A stretch of 64,000 nucleotides of DNA from Takakia lepidozioides. Taxonomy: Eukaryota > Plantae > Bryophyta. The notes beneath the pieces were generated by a model that was not told where the DNA came from, made no database searches, and saw nothing but the letters and a program-made list of their open reading frames with translations. A program made the translations under genes and the position numbers. The stretch lies in contig CM060734.1 in assembly GCA_030704615.1 (NCBI GenBank), positions 2,108,001-2,172,000 on the forward strand, given 5' to 3'. Each line of letters starts with the position of its first letter. Position 1 is the first letter of the stretch. Below are positions 62,436 to 64,000 of the stretch, in pieces.

Positions 62436-64000
62436 ATGCAGAACATGTTTGCATGCCTAACAGGAAAGGTGGACGTGCTGGAGGGATCGCAGGAATCCGA
62501 AGAGCCGCAGGAAGAGTCCGAGGAGCTAGCTGCAGCACGTACACCCACCCGATCCCCGAGCGCGGGTACTCCTGCCGGGCCTAGCCCTCTGCGATTCAAA
62601 GACGCGTCTTCGAAGGGCAAGTTCAAAGTCTCAGAGATCGACTCGCGTTCTTCGATCATGGAGAATCGCCAGCAGGGGTCGGGCCCTTCTCCAGCAAAGT
62701 CGAAGAAGAAGCAGCCCGTCCCTCTACTGGCTTCTGAACCGGCTCAGGCCGATTCACCCCCCCCAACGCGAATGAAGCAGCAGGGTAGAAGACAGATTCT
62801 ATTGCAGCAGACACCTTCACCTGCAAGGATGAGGAAGCAGAAGGCAATCAGGGCGACGGCCGAACAATCTCCCGCAAAACCGCTTCCACGAGCTGAAGCT
62901 CAGTTCCTGGAGGATTTCCCGCCTGCAGATGTTGGGGCCGACTCTGCTGCAGCGAAGGCAATGGGATCGACCGTTGATCTCGATTTGGTACCGGAGGAGG
63001 GTGCTGCCGCTGAACGTTCGCAGGCAGACCTCACCACCGATGAGCTAGCAGGCCCGGAGGAGGCCTCTGCAATGGCAGAATTGCCCGCACACAGGCCCCA
63101 GAGTGCAGCTCCAGTTGAGGATGCTCCACCTGCTCAGCCACTACCGGCACCTACAGACATGTCTCCGGAGGATTTCAAAAGTGCAGCGGATAAAATGTTG
63201 GAGGAGACACACAGTAGCATTGGCAGAGTTCTGGGCAGCAGGGTATTCCAGCGGACTCTTCGAATCCCACTCTGTCGCATGGTCTCCCTTCCCATCGTCA
63301 GGCAGGCCCTTCCCGGAGATGTGGATAAGCTCAAGTTCGCATTTCGAGAAGGGTACCGTCTGGGATCGGCAGCGTTTTACGTTTCCATAGAGAATGAGGA
63401 CGGCGAAACCCGTGGACCCACTGCCGATGAATTGTCAACGTGGGATACCCACTGGCACACTCGCAACCACGAATTCGAGGCGACGCTGAAGGGTGATCCC
63501 GACTTCGGCCATATGTCGGGAAAAATGTTCTTTGTGTGGGACGGGAATCACCGACTTCTCGCCTGGTGGGAGTACATCAAGCAGAACCATGCCAAGCACA
63601 TTGGCTGGCATTACATGGTGGAGTGTGTCATCCTCAAGGTGAAGGCGGCAGACTCCTCCCTCCTCAAGAATGCCATGGCGGACCTCAACTCGTAAGATAC
63701 TCATACCCTCCCTAGCACATTCGAAATGCGGTGCCGCATTTCGGTTTCCATTCTGGTTTGATTCCGTGCTTCCGTGTACTGAACTGGAGAGTGTGCCTTG
63801 CAGGGTCACTGAGAATGCGTACGTGCATACCCACATGGCACATATGCTGTACAGGGTGAGGAAAACTGGTCTTACTGATCCGCAGATGTTTGCGGAAATG
63901 CTGGAGCCGGAGCTCATTCAGAAAGCCGTTGCAAAAACAGACCGGACATGGTATCGTCTCACTATGGATGGAATGGTGGAGGTGATATACGAAGTAAGTC
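62436..64000 (+). CDS. ParB/Srx-like-MTase cargo gene, copy C (5' exons; continues beyond the window)
   Basis: 419-aa open exon: low-complexity N-terminus then ParB-like domain (RIPLCRMV..VRQ..DVDKLK..GY..FYV..VWDGNHR); intron gtaaga..ttgcag ~63692-63803; next exon VTENAYVHTHMAH..VIYE then gtaagt. Confidence 0.85.

Larger units (their letters stand above)
55384..64000 (-). mobile_element. Mutator-like element, family 1, copy C (apparently intact, runs off the window)
   Basis: Terminus at 55384, uninterrupted transposase, longest array, open cargo exons. Confidence 0.93.

Overview
A eukaryotic, transposon-saturated window, probably from a non-seed land plant. That assignment is inferred from spliceosomal introns, a chromovirus with an iMet PBS and a PPR-like scrap. 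No intact host gene is recognisable. The dominant component is a family of ~10 kb Mutator-like (MULE/IS256-type DDE + SWIM) DNA transposons, present as three copies (A ~4423-14806, B 45886-55383, C 55384->64000) plus two diverged relatives. Each copy carries, divergently from its transposase, a multi-exon cargo gene that fuses a ParB/Sulfiredoxin-like domain (VWDGNHR) to a beta-class N6A/N4C DNA amino-methyltransferase domain; the MTase part is visible in copy A and family 2, while B and C are truncated before it. The two genes are separated by an array of 22-28 bp palindromes (GGAAATGCGG-YR-CCGCATTTCC, ~53-bp period), and the same palindrome recurs in introns and flanks. A second family carries the homologous ParB-MTase gene but a different, parS-like 16-bp palindrome (TGTTCGGTGCCGAACA). 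A 9-bp target duplication in inverted orientation (3206 and 14807) shows that the family-2 gene was split by a MULE-terminus-bounded inversion of ~11.6 kb. The remainder is nested LTR retrotransposons (a full-length chromovirus at 35135-42113, deleted copies, a second gypsy lineage) and a CACTA-ended non-autonomous element carrying a 181-bp satellite.
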